NCBI GenBank assembly: GCA_973895155.1
Contig: OZ316895.1
Span: 20,536,803 to 20,600,802, forward strand
DNA length: 64,000 bases
Origin: Marsupella aquatica
Lineage: Eukaryota > Plantae > Marchantiophyta
Reading direction: 5' to 3'
Shown here: positions 10,354-22,149 of the stretch, piece by piece
Layout of the letters: every line of letters begins with the position of its first letter
Position numbering within the stretch: the stretch's first letter is position 1
Notes under the pieces: generated by a model
What the model was told of the DNA's origin: nothing
Database searches by the model: none
Seen by the model: the letters and a program-made list of their open reading frames with translations, nothing else
Position numbers and translations under genes: made by a program

Positions 10354-12549
10354 TTTTTCATTTTAGGAAATAAATTCCTGTTTCGATTTTACATGGAAAA
10401 AATGTATATGCTGTAAAGTCAATCTTAAAATTTACACGACAAATTCTTTCTAGGTAGGACAAGGACCCAAAATATTTAGTTTTCAGGGTCCAAATTTTTA
10501 ATAGTTACAGTACTTATTTATTGGCCAATCTTGAGATGACACTACAGTCGTGGCCTTCCGGTAAGAGTCAGGAGCTCCAGACTTTGAAATTAGGTGTCTG
10601 TATTTTCGGTTGGGTTTGGGAGAACAAAAGATTTGTTCACAACTCCTCCCAGCACCTTGGCAACAATATCCAGTGTTAGGGGGAGGGCGGCTGTAGGGTC
10701 TCTAGAAAAATTACTGTTTATGACCCTACATGTGTTTCAGGATAATGCTTGAGCGTTATCAGGTATTCCAGGATAATGCTGAATAGGGTCTCAATTCTTG
10801 TGTGGGCCTCTTGGCCATCTTTGCATTGGCTCATTAGGGGGCGCGGGGGCGCGGGGGTTTCCTCTGTTGTCTCCCCTTGATTGGCTCTCTTGTGTTTGGA
10901 TTCTTCTCTCCCAGTTTTGTGCTCTTTCTTCTCTGGTATGGTGATATACAAATGCTTCGTACTGTAAAGTGACAAACTGTTCTGGACCCTCAGGTTTTTT
11001 CATTACTCGTTGCTGATTTTGCTATGGTTGACTGGAATACATTTGGCGCCTTGTCGTTTCCAAAAAACACTATATGATGACAACCAAGTTGTTCAGGTGA
11101 AGACTCCAACCGGACTCTGTTGCCATCGAACGCTTCTGCCTTGGGAACACAAACTTGCCACTACTACAGTAGTTCGTCTAGTTGTGAAGAGCATTACTAT
11201 GAAGGGTGTGTAACAGGTTCAGTGACATACCCAATGGAGGGGTGACCAGGCTTAACGTGTTGGGGGAAGAGTAGATGTGTGAAGCATGGGTAGTCAGGAC
11301 TTGTTGACGGCGAGACAACCCAGAGAATTTGTTTTCTATGTAAAGCTGTAAATTAATTTTTCCTTACTATCTAAGGTTGTTCTCTAGTGGGCAACTCCTT
11401 GGCTGATCATCATACCCAAGCAGCTAATGTAATTTAAAATTTTGAGCAGAACCAAGATGGCAACTGCCTCCTGAGCATGGACTAAAGTTGATCTCCTACT
11501 TTGGAGAGTTTCTTGGTGTGCTTAAAACCAAGTTACTTATGACAATTTTGCCAAGTCCTAGGCCACCCACCTTGTGGCAGTGGGTGGAAAAAACTTATTG
11601 TTTAGTTTATATGAAGGTGTTAGTGGGAACTTGCGTTGTCCCTGGAACCTGAAGTCTGCCATGGGTTGTTGCAAGGGGGTTGGGGCGACGCATTCCTGTC
11701 CTCATGCTCCAAAAAGTAGTGTAAATAAAAGCACCTGTGCAATACTCTAAGTTTTCTCCACAACTCATCTAATGGGGCATGATGCATGGCTGTGGTGAAC
11801 TCTTCTATCTAATTCTTGCAGCTAGGCCTTCCAGTCTTACAGAGAAAATAAATTAAACATATACTACCGTCTTTCCTCAAACGCGGCGCCCGGGCGTTGT
11901 GTTTGAATGTGGTCAAAACAGGCCCTAAATGCAAAAAAGATGTTGTTACTCAAACACAGCACCAGATTAACATTTTTTTACTTTCAACTTACGAAATCCA
12001 TTGTCCTTTGTGGTGTTGCACATACACATGTTGGGGGAGGATCTTATAGGGAGTGTGCCTGATTTGCTCTGTAATACAGTAGATTAGTTAAAAATGATAG
12101 AAAATTTATAAATTTTGAACTTTTTCTAACTCAAGGTACAATCTAGTTACCTTTTGTAGCAATTTAGATCAACTGAACACTTAACCTAATGTTATGCTTC
12201 ATCGGAGGCTATTGTATTGGACAAGGATCGTCAATATAAATCGTTGCTCTTTACATGCTACCAAGAAAGAAGACTGGACATCATTGGAGAAACAATGCAG
12301 ACTAGAAGATTCAAGAACCGGCCTCCAAAACACTTCTTCAACAAGAATGAGCTCTCTGTGCAATTATCACAATCAACCGATCTTTGCTATTTTAATTAAA
12401 TAGCTATCATGGTCAGAAAAGTCTCATACTTTTTCAAGAGGTAGTGGTTGCGTAGTAAAATCATCCCTGAAAGTTTCATCTCAAACCGACATGTGGTTTG
12501 AAAGTTAGAATTAATTTAGTTTTGCTATTTTTTGCATAGTCGCGACTTC

Positions 12550-13135
12550 GCCGACGCTTTGAGAAGCGTCCTTTGTATTTTTGGACGCTTTCTGAAGCGT
12601 CCACCCAAGACCACGACGCTTTCTGAAGCGTCCACCAAGTTTCGACGCTTTCAGAAGTGTCCGCCACCCCAAAGGCGACATCGACACTGCGACGCCCATT
12701 GAAGCGTCCCGCCCGAAGACCAGAACACGGACGCTGCGACCAAAACCTCAAAATTCAGCCGACGCTTTCTGAAGCGTCCACAAAAGTCCTTTGTAGGTTT
12801 GGACGCTTTCTGAAGCGTCCACTATGTTCCCGACACTTTGAAATATTTTCGTTTTTCGCACATTTATAACACCGCACCACTTTTACCGATTTATTTGAGG
12901 CACTTAGAGATCTCAGAAAAGTCTGGAACTTTGCCAGCATATAGATTATATGTAGTAGAGTACCCTAGAAAAGTTTCAACTCATTCCGACTCTTAGTTTA
13001 GAAGTTAAAATTAGATTAAGATCACTGTTTATTAGTTTTACCGGAAAACACCGACGCTTTGCAAAGCGTCCGCTCAAACCTCGACGCTTTGAGAAGCGTC
13101 CCCTGCATTTTTGACACTTTCAGCAGTGTCCATTC
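12550..13135. repeat. Array of ~10 self-complementary 20-bp units (G/C)GACGCTT-N4-AAGCGTCC
   Basis: Copies near 12552, 12583, 12614, 12643, 12690, 12760, 12801, 13052, 13083 and 13113. The first four have a ~30-31-bp period with variable spacers. Confidence 0.85.
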
Positions 13136-14437
13136 ACTTTTCAAGGATGACCGTCATTAAGTTTATTCAAGATCCTTTAGATATGAAATGACATGTCCTT
13201 TTAGTTTCTCAGTCTCCTTGCGTTCCTGCTAGCCTATATGAGGTAGAATTTGTGTCATTCTCGAGTGTGAAGAAATAAAGTAGTGCCTGTGGCATGTGCT
13301 GCAGCACTGGAATCACCTTTTCTTGCAAATGCAAAAGGAATTTTTCTCCCTTCCTTGGTCTGAATGATTGAGAGTTTAGATCATTGAAGTAAAATTACTT
13401 GTATGAAGTTGAATCTCAGAAGTATGAGGGAATAGATTCCTTAAGTGGTGACAACCCATCTTCTTGAGTTCTTGATGCATAGTTTTTGGCGTGACATTGC
13501 TTGTGCATGGGATGTAAAGATTGTTACTCACCAATTACCTGTGACTTCAATTTGATCATGATGGTGTTTATTATTCGTCACTCAGAGTACCAACTGGATA
13601 TCGAAGTGATTGATTACTAGTTTCTTCTTAGTACCTTTGGAAGGAAAAGTTGAGACGTGTTGACGACATTTTAGTAATCATCCTAGTACAGTAATCCATT
13701 CCAGAAATGTTCTTACGGATATACCACCCAAATCACATCAAATGAAGTATTGATGAGAAGTTACCTTGGTGTTTTTCAGACTCTCTCATCATACCTCAAG
13801 ATTTCATTGTGTTTTGTTATTTGTTTCCATTTTATTAATTGCATTTACAATGTTAAGCAAACATTCAAATCTATGCTTTGCTGAGCAATCATAGTAAAAG
13901 GCTTAAACCTGTGTTTTTGTTACCTTAGTCATTTATAAGTGTTAAATGATAGAAAATCATTCCTTTCTTGTTCTTCCATGGGATCGAATACCGAGTTTTG
14001 GGCATTAAATGCTGATTTATGTCCTTAGTGCAATACTACATGCTCCAACTAGAACAACAACTTGATATGGGTGTGAGTCGTGTTCGTGCCAGAAAGGTAT
14101 GGAGAGAGCTGTAGACGAATTGATTAGGAGTGCACTGATCCCGATTGAGGGAAAAAGTTTATGGAGGACCAAATGTGGCATATGTGAAACAGACACCACA
14201 GTCTTGTTGCCGATGTGTCAAATCCATCTGACCTAAGATCACATACTCTTTCAATGGACTTTCACTTTCTCTATTTCTAATTTTCCATTGCCCTCAAGAT
14301 CGAGGTACTCCAATACAAACAAAGCAGTCTTACAAACATTCCAAATTGCATGAAGAAAGATTAAATAATAGAAACAAACAAATTGGCCACAGTCAAGCGA
14401 ACAACTGTGAAAAGTGGATGAATGAGGGCAGCTCGAT

Positions 14438-15151
14438 CTACGTCCATGTGCAAATGCACAATAAATTACAACATTGTTTCAGGCCATTAATCAAAATCAA
14501 ACCTACAGCTATCATTCTGACGTACTGCTTCCCTGCAAAGTGATTCATCATATTCGTCACGACTTCTCCTTTTGGTAGCAGGACATTGATTTTCCTGGCT
14601 TTCTTTGTTGGCTTTGGTGACGGAGAGAACTCTGTGAACTGATCCAAAATCCACAAGTCAAAATCTTCTGTTGGTACTGTTTTCCCGGCACAAAGACATG
14701 CACTCACCCACTCAAAGTTCACAAATTGAACTTTCCCAGTTGAGTGACGCCAATTCACACACTCCCAATCATATGTTGCCAGAATAATCTGCCAACTTTT
14801 GCAAATCACATGAGTTGTGATTGGACTAGTTAATCCGAAAAGAAATAGAACCTCCACACTGCACAAATCTTTTCTTCAATACATCAAAGGGCTAAATGCA
14901 TCTGGAATGAGTAGGGCAAGTATGCCCTCAAAAGTGGCTCTTGTCTTCTCAAATCTTTGAGCCAGATCATCCATCTCAGCTTCGATGTCCACGGAAGCAT
15001 TCACATCCAACTCAGTCTTTGTCTCTTTGTCTACTAAAGGCTGCATGTCTGGTAAAAACTCAATGTCAGTTGAAGACTCAATGGAAGTTGAGGACTCAAT
15101 GTGCGCCTTTCTCTCAATCTCAGCCCTCTTTGCCATTGCCACAGCAAGCAC
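14438..15151 (-). pseudogene. BRCT-domain cargo gene remnant inside the pogo-like element (probably extends over ~13150-15900)
   Basis: ORFs 14876-15151 and 14438-14866 are in one frame separated by a single TGA. Joined, they give TFEGILALL...TTHVICKSW...VQFVNFEWVSACLCAGKTVPTEDF, the BRCT pattern (FxG start, THVI, VxxxWxxxC). Confidence 0.65.
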
Positions 15152-16353
15152 ACATTCAAGAAAAACTGTCGAGCCCTGCCCTTGCTCCTGCCACTTTAAT
15201 AGAGGGACATTGTGATCAAATTACTGTGTAACCTGGAAATGTAGCAAAAGAGACAAATTTCATAACAAACAAAATGTGCCTCCAATCTCGCTCCATCACC
15301 AATTCACACTGTGCCCACGAAACATCGGGAACAAAGCAGTCTTTGGCTATGGAGAGGAGGCAAATAGAAGAGCTTGAACGAGCAGGGTGAGTGATTGGCA
15401 TTCACATTCAGATACATTTGAAGATCACTGTGGACTTTAAAGAATTGAGAGTAACATGTGCCTTTGTGGATCGCTTTGTTGTAGGAAGCATCGAAAGTAC
15501 ATACGATCGTGAGCTTTCCTGGTTCTGTGGTTCTACTCTCTCCCACCATCCTAGGTCACGACATCATCAAACTGGGACCTAAATAGGTAAGTGTTCAATT
15601 GGCGCCCCTATTGCTGGAATATTTCCTTTCTATCCTGCATTAAAATGTTTTGTTTAGCACGAAGCCTACTTCTTGAGAAATATGCTGCAAGTGCATCGAT
15701 GTCAATGGCCAGCATGTGTCACAAATAGCAGAAATTGAAGACTTGGAAAGGCTTTGGCTGAGGCTTTTCCCCTACAACAGCAGTGAAAGTGACGGGACTT
15801 GCACCCCCATCATTGAGCTCTTTCAAGCCTTCCCTGCACGTTGGGACTGAGCTGAGATAGACAATTTGTCCTCATTCATCCGGATCGGGGAGTGGATGAC
15901 CAGCTTAAGGACGGGTACTGAGAGGAGGGGCACTCACCCCCAGCCCCGACACTTCAAATTGTCAGTCGAATGCACGCCTTAAGCTGGAATGCAACATTCA
16001 TTTCTCACTGCTTTCATTGTGGATCTGAAGTGGTCATTGAGTGAGAACCTTGCCTTAAATAAAGGACTTCTATGGAGCCCATTGTTGAGCATTATTGAAT
16101 GAGAAACTTAACTACTTTCTGTGCCACTAAAGCATGTCTTCTCATTGTATACAGGTTGTATGAACTCTCCAGCAAGAAGCGGGACATTGTTGCCAAGCCG
16201 TCATTTACATTTAGTGATTTCCTTCCCGGGTATGTTAGTTTTGCAGGGCTTCCAGTCTGAATTATTGTTTAGGCTTACCATGAATTTGTGTATTGGACAC
16301 ACCCTAGTTCAATGACTGTGCTCAATTGTATTTATCACAGTTGGCCAGAAGCC

Positions 16354-18384
16354 ATGCCGAGACATCCTCATGGGACAGCAAATGACAAGCGACGAACTTA
16401 CTCTCCTAAGTTCAAGTTGGACGTGATAAGGGAATATGACCCAAACATCAGAGGGCAAGGTTTTGTGGCACTTGTCAAAAAATTTGGTGTTCCCCAATCA
16501 GCTTTGAGAGGATGGTATGACAAGAGAGCCAAATTGCAAGCCTCGCTTAAGGATGATAAGATTTTAACCCAAAAATCATGTCGGCGGGGGGGGGGGGGGT
16601 GGAAGGAGACCATTGATGCCCGTAATGGAGGAGGAGCTCTATAGTTGGATCTTGGCACGGAATGAGAAAGGATTGAGGGTGAAGGATTTGTAGATCTCTA
16701 AGATAGCTTTGAAGATTGCAGAGAGGATGGCGGCTGACATGGAAAATGAGGAGTTGCAGACATTTAAAGCGTCAACAGGGTGGTTGGACAAGTTTAAGAA
16801 GCGACACAACCTTGTGTCAAGGAGACACACAACTGATCACAAGCTACCTGATAATGCTGCCAATTTGTGTCGGGCTTTCATCCAAGAGTGTCAAGAACTG
16901 ATTGACACTAACAAGATTAAGCCCAAAAACATCATAAACATGGACCAGGTTCAGCGGTACTATGAGACTGAGCCAAAGTCAACTATTGCTACCCGAGGCA
17001 TTCGGACGGTGATGATGAGAAAGGGTGGCACCAGCCACAAACGGTTTGCTATAGCCTTTTCCTTAATGGGTGAAGGAAAACATCTGAAGCCACACATCCT
17101 CATCTCGAAGCGGAAGAACAAACCTGAAATCCCGAGTGGCGTGTTTATTGATGTTAACCAAACTGGTATATTTTCCTCTCTTTATTTAATATCTCACAAA
17201 TATTTTCAGTCATAATTTTATATCATGCATTGTATTTTAAAGATGTTGGCAACATGCTATTTTGACAAATGTTATTTAAAATGCAATACATTTGTTAACT
17301 ATGTAGGTATGTGGAATGAACGGATCTGTTGGGAACACATCTGTTGGGAACACTTCAATGAAATAGTGATGAAGCGAGAGGAGACCCAATTCTATAGAGA
17401 GCCCACTTTGTACATCATTGATGCATATGGTCCCCCCTAAAGTGGCCCAAGGCACATGCAAAGGTACTAGAGGACTATAATGTGTTTGTGCAGATAGTGC
17501 CGGCAAATTTGACCTCCTTGTTGCAGTTTCTTGACGTTGCAGTGAACTGGAGTTACCAGGCTGATTACGCAACGCAGTATGACACTTACATTGCAAATGC
17601 CTTGATAAATCCAAACTTGCAAACAACTGCAGGAAACCCAAAAGTTCCAACCACCAAGGTGGTGGCAGAATGGGCACTTTCTTGGATTGAGAGTTGTCAA
17701 AAGGAGGACATGGCAAATGTATTCAAGGTAACATGGACAATTATTTACTCTTTAAAGATTTACAGCAATGGAGAGCTTAATACGTGGCACTTAACATAAT
17801 TTCCTGATAATCCTAAATTGATGCATCTTGTATATTCAGGTTTGTGGCTTGGTGTCGAGCTCACAATTTGCAGTGGAAAACCTACATCCACAACTAAGAG
17901 CATTGTATGCGACAGACTTGGACTTGGCAGGATGGAATAAACAGTATGGACATGTACTTGACGAGAGTGAAGAATTGTGTCCTACTCTCCTCGGGGAGCC
18001 GCCTACATGGTTTTGTTGTGAGGAGGATTACTCTCTATTTCGATGCCTTCTTCGTTGCAAGGGTATTCACAGAAGTGATGTGGATGAATAGCTAATTGAC
18101 ACCTATGTGATAAAGTTGGTGGTGAACATGTCAATGTGTCCTAATCTTGATGACATTTTGATGATGACTCTGCAGCTGACATGGTGAGTGGAGAAATGGT
18201 GGCTGGTACTTTGGCGGTGTTTGCAGCTTCAAAATTGGAATGGGAGATTGAATTGACAGAAGTGAACCTGGATAGCAAGATGATCCAAAACTTTGTGTAC
18301 AAGGTAGAAGAACCTGTCAAGCGGGTTCATTTAGCACGAATTGACAATTACTTTTGTGTGCAGCTCAATGAAGGGTTGATGTAG
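16354..18384 (+). pseudogene. pogo-family transposase (Brinker-type DBD, CENP-B HTH, DDE_1), two introns, disabled
   Basis: Motifs: RRTYSPKFKLDVI...LRGW; FKASTGWLDKFKKRHNLVSRRHT; NIINMDQV; YIIDAYG; VPANLTSLLQFLDVAVN. GT-AG introns 17166-17306 and 17728-17839 restore NQTG|MWN and FK|VCG. Frameshifts lie in poly-G at ~16590 and at ~17435. Confidence 0.9.
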
Positions 18385-18899
18385 TGTATACAGAAAATCC
18401 TTATTGGGTGACAGTATTCTTGGGCATGTGTTCCTTGTGTAACTATGAGAGTTATGACATATGTGTATGAACTGGTTTCCTTGTATGAGAATCAAATTTT
18501 GTAACTCTCATAGGTACACAAGGTGAACTTGTCCAGACAAGTGTTTATTGTGCTCCCATATAGAAGTGATTTTTTTTGGGGGGGGGGGGGGGGGGGCAAC
18601 CAAACATTTCTGTTTATAATATCTATTTTCTAAATTTCACAGTAGTCATAGACCAACTGGAGTAACTTTAAAAGAGTTACTAACTGAAGATACCTTAAAT
18701 GGTTAACTATTCCATGTCATAAATATGTTTTACTAAGTGATAATAGTACACTTGGTATGTATGGTTTGTCAGGTTTAGTTTTCTATTGCAAATGTGATCT
18801 CTCCCCTTGTGTAATTTCAGTGGTTCAATCATTTAGCTACACATTCCTTTGACTCAGCAAATACTGTTGGGAACCCGGTTGGGAAGTAAAAAAACCTGA

Positions 18900-19200
18900 A
18901 CTTGAACACACTCCTCTTGAAGACACATAACTTCTATGCCTATCATTCCTACTTACACCCTACATGCATCACACAAATAATGCCAAAATTCAAGCACATT
19001 ACCTTAAATTTGAACACAACGCCACTTTTTGAACACAACACCACATTTGAACACAGCGCCACAAGTCCAAAAAATGAAAACATTAACTTCAAATTCGAAC
19101 ACAGTGCCCTGGGTGCTATATTCGAACACAGCGCCCTGGGTGCTATGTTCGAATAGAGCGCCCGTTGGCTCACTATTCGAATATAGCACTCGGGCCTTGT
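18900..19200. repeat. Subterminal ~27-bp quasi-palindromic repeats of the pogo-like element
   Basis: Repeated ttcgaacacagcgccctgggtgcta(t/g)ttcgaa-type units next to the right TIR. Confidence 0.8.
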
Positions 19201-20314
19201 GTTTAAGGGAAGACGGTAGGCTTGCTTGGGTATCCTCTAATCCTTGTGCGGTTGCAGCTAAGCCTCCCAGTATTACAGAGAAAATAAATTGAAAACACAC
19301 ACTGGGTAACACAATGCCTTCTGGTCTACCTCTTGTCCAGTCTTTTGGTTATGTACCAACACGTTGGGGTGTCCAATCTCAGCTGGGAGCTACTGAGTTT
19401 TGAGGCCCCCAAAACATTAATTAATCCTTTTTGAGGGGCGAGATTTCAAGGGGAGAACCAGGTTTGCGCTAACAGGTTCATGTATTGCTGTCCAATTTTC
19501 ATGCAATAAAGAGAGCCACGTCAGTGCTCATTCTGATTACATCTGGCAACTTGCCATTGGCCGATAGCATTCTTTTGGCAAGCTGGAATTGAAAACTGTG
19601 GAGATGCTCTTGCACAAAAGCGACAACTTCACAAAATTCCAAAAACAATTAAAAAGACATAGTAGACACGTGGCTCAATTTGGTGCAGTTGTGCAACGCG
19701 TCATATAATAAATGGCTCTCGTCGGCACCAACATTGAGGATGACTCAGACGCACAGTAGCTTAAGATTTGATTTGGGCAAACCCAAAACCTAGAAATATA
19801 TTTTTTCATTGTTATTTTTGGTTTGGACGAGGGAAACTGCAGTACACTGTTCACGAAATAACACGTGAACAATAGTTCCTGAGTTCACGAAATAGTTCTT
19901 CATCTTGAGTTCAAAGTAACACTCTTTTTTGTCCATTTTCAAAGCAGATTTTTCTCACTTTTACTTTGAAGTGCTAGTGAAAATAGGTGATCTTGAATCC
20001 AATTTAAGGCTCTTTACTGTGTATTTTTATAACAAAAAATCTCCACTATACTAATACTCTTGAGCCCAACACAACATTAATTCAGACAGGCAATATTTGT
20101 GTGATTAACACTAATTCATAATTCACTGGTAGAGCCCAAAATGTCCCCTCTCAAATTAGTGAAGTAGCACTAATTATGGTAACTCCTTTGTTATCCCCTC
20201 TAATTAGTGTGGGGAGCACTAATTATGGTGAACAGTAAGTCCTTTGCTATATTGTTCAGCCTCTTGATTTGACTCTGACCTATTGTCACTTCTTTCAACC
20301 ATGAAGTCAACATA

Positions 20315-20382
20315 GAAAGACTCCAGAACCCCACTCATGGGTAAGGCCGAAAGACTTCAGAATCCCACTCATGGGTAAGGCC
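20315..20382. repeat. 34-bp tandem duplication
   Basis: gaaagact(c/t)cagaa(c/t)cccactcatgggtaaggcc occurs twice. Confidence 0.75.
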
Positions 20383-22149
20383 TCTCAAAACCTGACATTA
20401 ACAAGATAAGTTACTCTCATAACTCCAGTATTATGAAAGCCAATCTTTAGCTACTATAAGGAAAACCTGTAGAATCAATATTTAACCCATAATTTTCCCA
20501 TAATTTTAGGCACAAATATGAAAATTCGGAAATCCAGTACTCCAAAAAAACACAAAGCATGTGGGCTTTGTGCCTCAGTGATGATGGCTGCTGCACTTGA
20601 GATGAAAGCTATGAGACAAGTGCACCCATAATGGGGCAGGTCAATGTTACCTCCCCCATTCTAAAAATTCATAACTGGTCCCATCTTTCACGAACGTGTG
20701 AGACGCCCTAGTAACTAAGATAGCGATTTCGAGCGACAAAAATCTGTCGTCGCCTTCACTCCTGTGCCAAGGGACGGCACTCGTCCTCCTGCAGCAGCCT
20801 TCAAATTTCAAATCCAATGTAGCAACAAGACAGAAGCAAATCCACCTCAGATTACGGTACTAACACGTAAGAGCTGTGCACTTTACAAGCTCTCTTCTCT
20901 CCGCTCCACCTGGACAGAAAACTGGCTGAGGCTCATCCATTCTCTTTTGTGGGTGCTGGTCTCATGTTCACGCAGTGCCAGCTGCAGAGGTTGCGGAGAG
21001 GTGTCTGTTGCGCTCCCGATAACAAGGGCGTTCAGATCGGGGACAGAGCAACTAGAGGCTCAAGCATGAAATTTTCGTATTCCGTATTACACCGGAGGAG
21101 GGAAGGCGATATTGAACACTTAGGACATTATTGGAGTGCAGTGGAGCGGAATGAAGTTTATAGAGTAAGTTATTGGATAGGCCGAGTGGCGTCATCCTCA
21201 GCGGACTCGTAACAGTAGCTGAAGAAGATATGGTGGGACGCCAGCATTGTAAGTCCTTTTCGTTGCATTGCATGGAGCCCACTACTTTACTGTACTGTAC
21301 ATTGAGGAACGTTTTGACAATGAGGTCCCTCTAATATCTGTTAGTCCGTGAGTAATCATATGCAAAGGAAGGAGAAGGGAAGAAAGGAGGAGAAATTGGT
21401 TTGACGAGATTTCTAGATCATATACCACTTTCCTTGTCAAGTTTATGTTATGGATAGATAGGCCGCCTTTTGGGCTGTTATACTTTTCTGCTTCCCTATC
21501 TTCAGCTGTTGAGAAGCTGTTTTTTAGAAGAAAGTCGGATGGAGGTCTGGTCGCATTTCTTGCTGTGCTCCACTTCCTTTGGAGATTCTAGCGCAGCGTA
21601 GATGTCGGACGCTTCGTGCCTTTTGTGTCTGTACAGTGACACTGTGACTGGGCAGGGAGGTGGGGTGGGGGGGGAGGCGGGGGAAGGGGGGGAGGATGAA
21701 TTGGACCAGAAGTGGATTACAAAATGTACTGTAACTGCGTTCGTTAGAGTTGTTCCTTGGATGAGTCTTTGGTGGGAAAGCTCTATTGCATGATGTTTGA
21801 ACAGCGTGTCTCACTCTTACTGTGATTGGCTACAGAGAGAGGTTTTGATCTATGGGTTGCTTTGGTGTTGTATATTCCCCACAGAGTTGGTTAGGGGGAT
21901 GCAGTGGACGGGGAAGGAGTTCCTTCTGAAGTGGAGTGAGTGGCCTCGATCAATGATCAGTCATTTGCATGAGAGCATACGACCGGATTTGAGTGGATTC
22001 CTGGCTATGATGTAGGATGCCTTCCTAACAGGGAGATAGTAAGTGCATGAGGGCACTGGTTGATCGACTTCTTTCATTGAGACCGCGTGGAGTGGGTGGG
22101 GGACGTGGGATGTGAGGGTGTCGGCTCGTCTGGAGAGGACTCGGAGGCT

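Larger units (their letters stand above)
11867..19216 (+). mobile_element. Tc2/pogo-like DNA transposon (~7.35 kb) with TA TSD and imperfect TIRs
   Basis: The left end TA|CCGTCTTTCCTCAAACGCGGCGCCCGGGCGTTGTGTTTGAAT matches the reverse complement of the right end TA|CCGTCTTCCCTTAAACACAAGGCCCGAGTGCTATATTCGAAT. It encloses a pogo-type transposase. Confidence 0.85.

Noticed and set aside
10540-11860. Possible LINE relic on the minus strand (KVGGLGLGK near 11560)
   Set aside because: Only isolated short motifs and no continuous frame; too degraded to call.
12550-13135. CRISPR array
   Set aside because: Spacers are only ~11 bp and irregular, there are no cas genes, and the context is a eukaryotic transposon.
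11816-19300. ~45-bp similar segments (ttgcagcta.gcct.ccagt.ttacagagaaaataaatt) on both sides of the pogo element as a long TSD or LTR
   Set aside because: They are diverged and offset ~35 bp from the right end, and the TA TSD with TIRs already defines the element. A pre-existing local duplication is likely.
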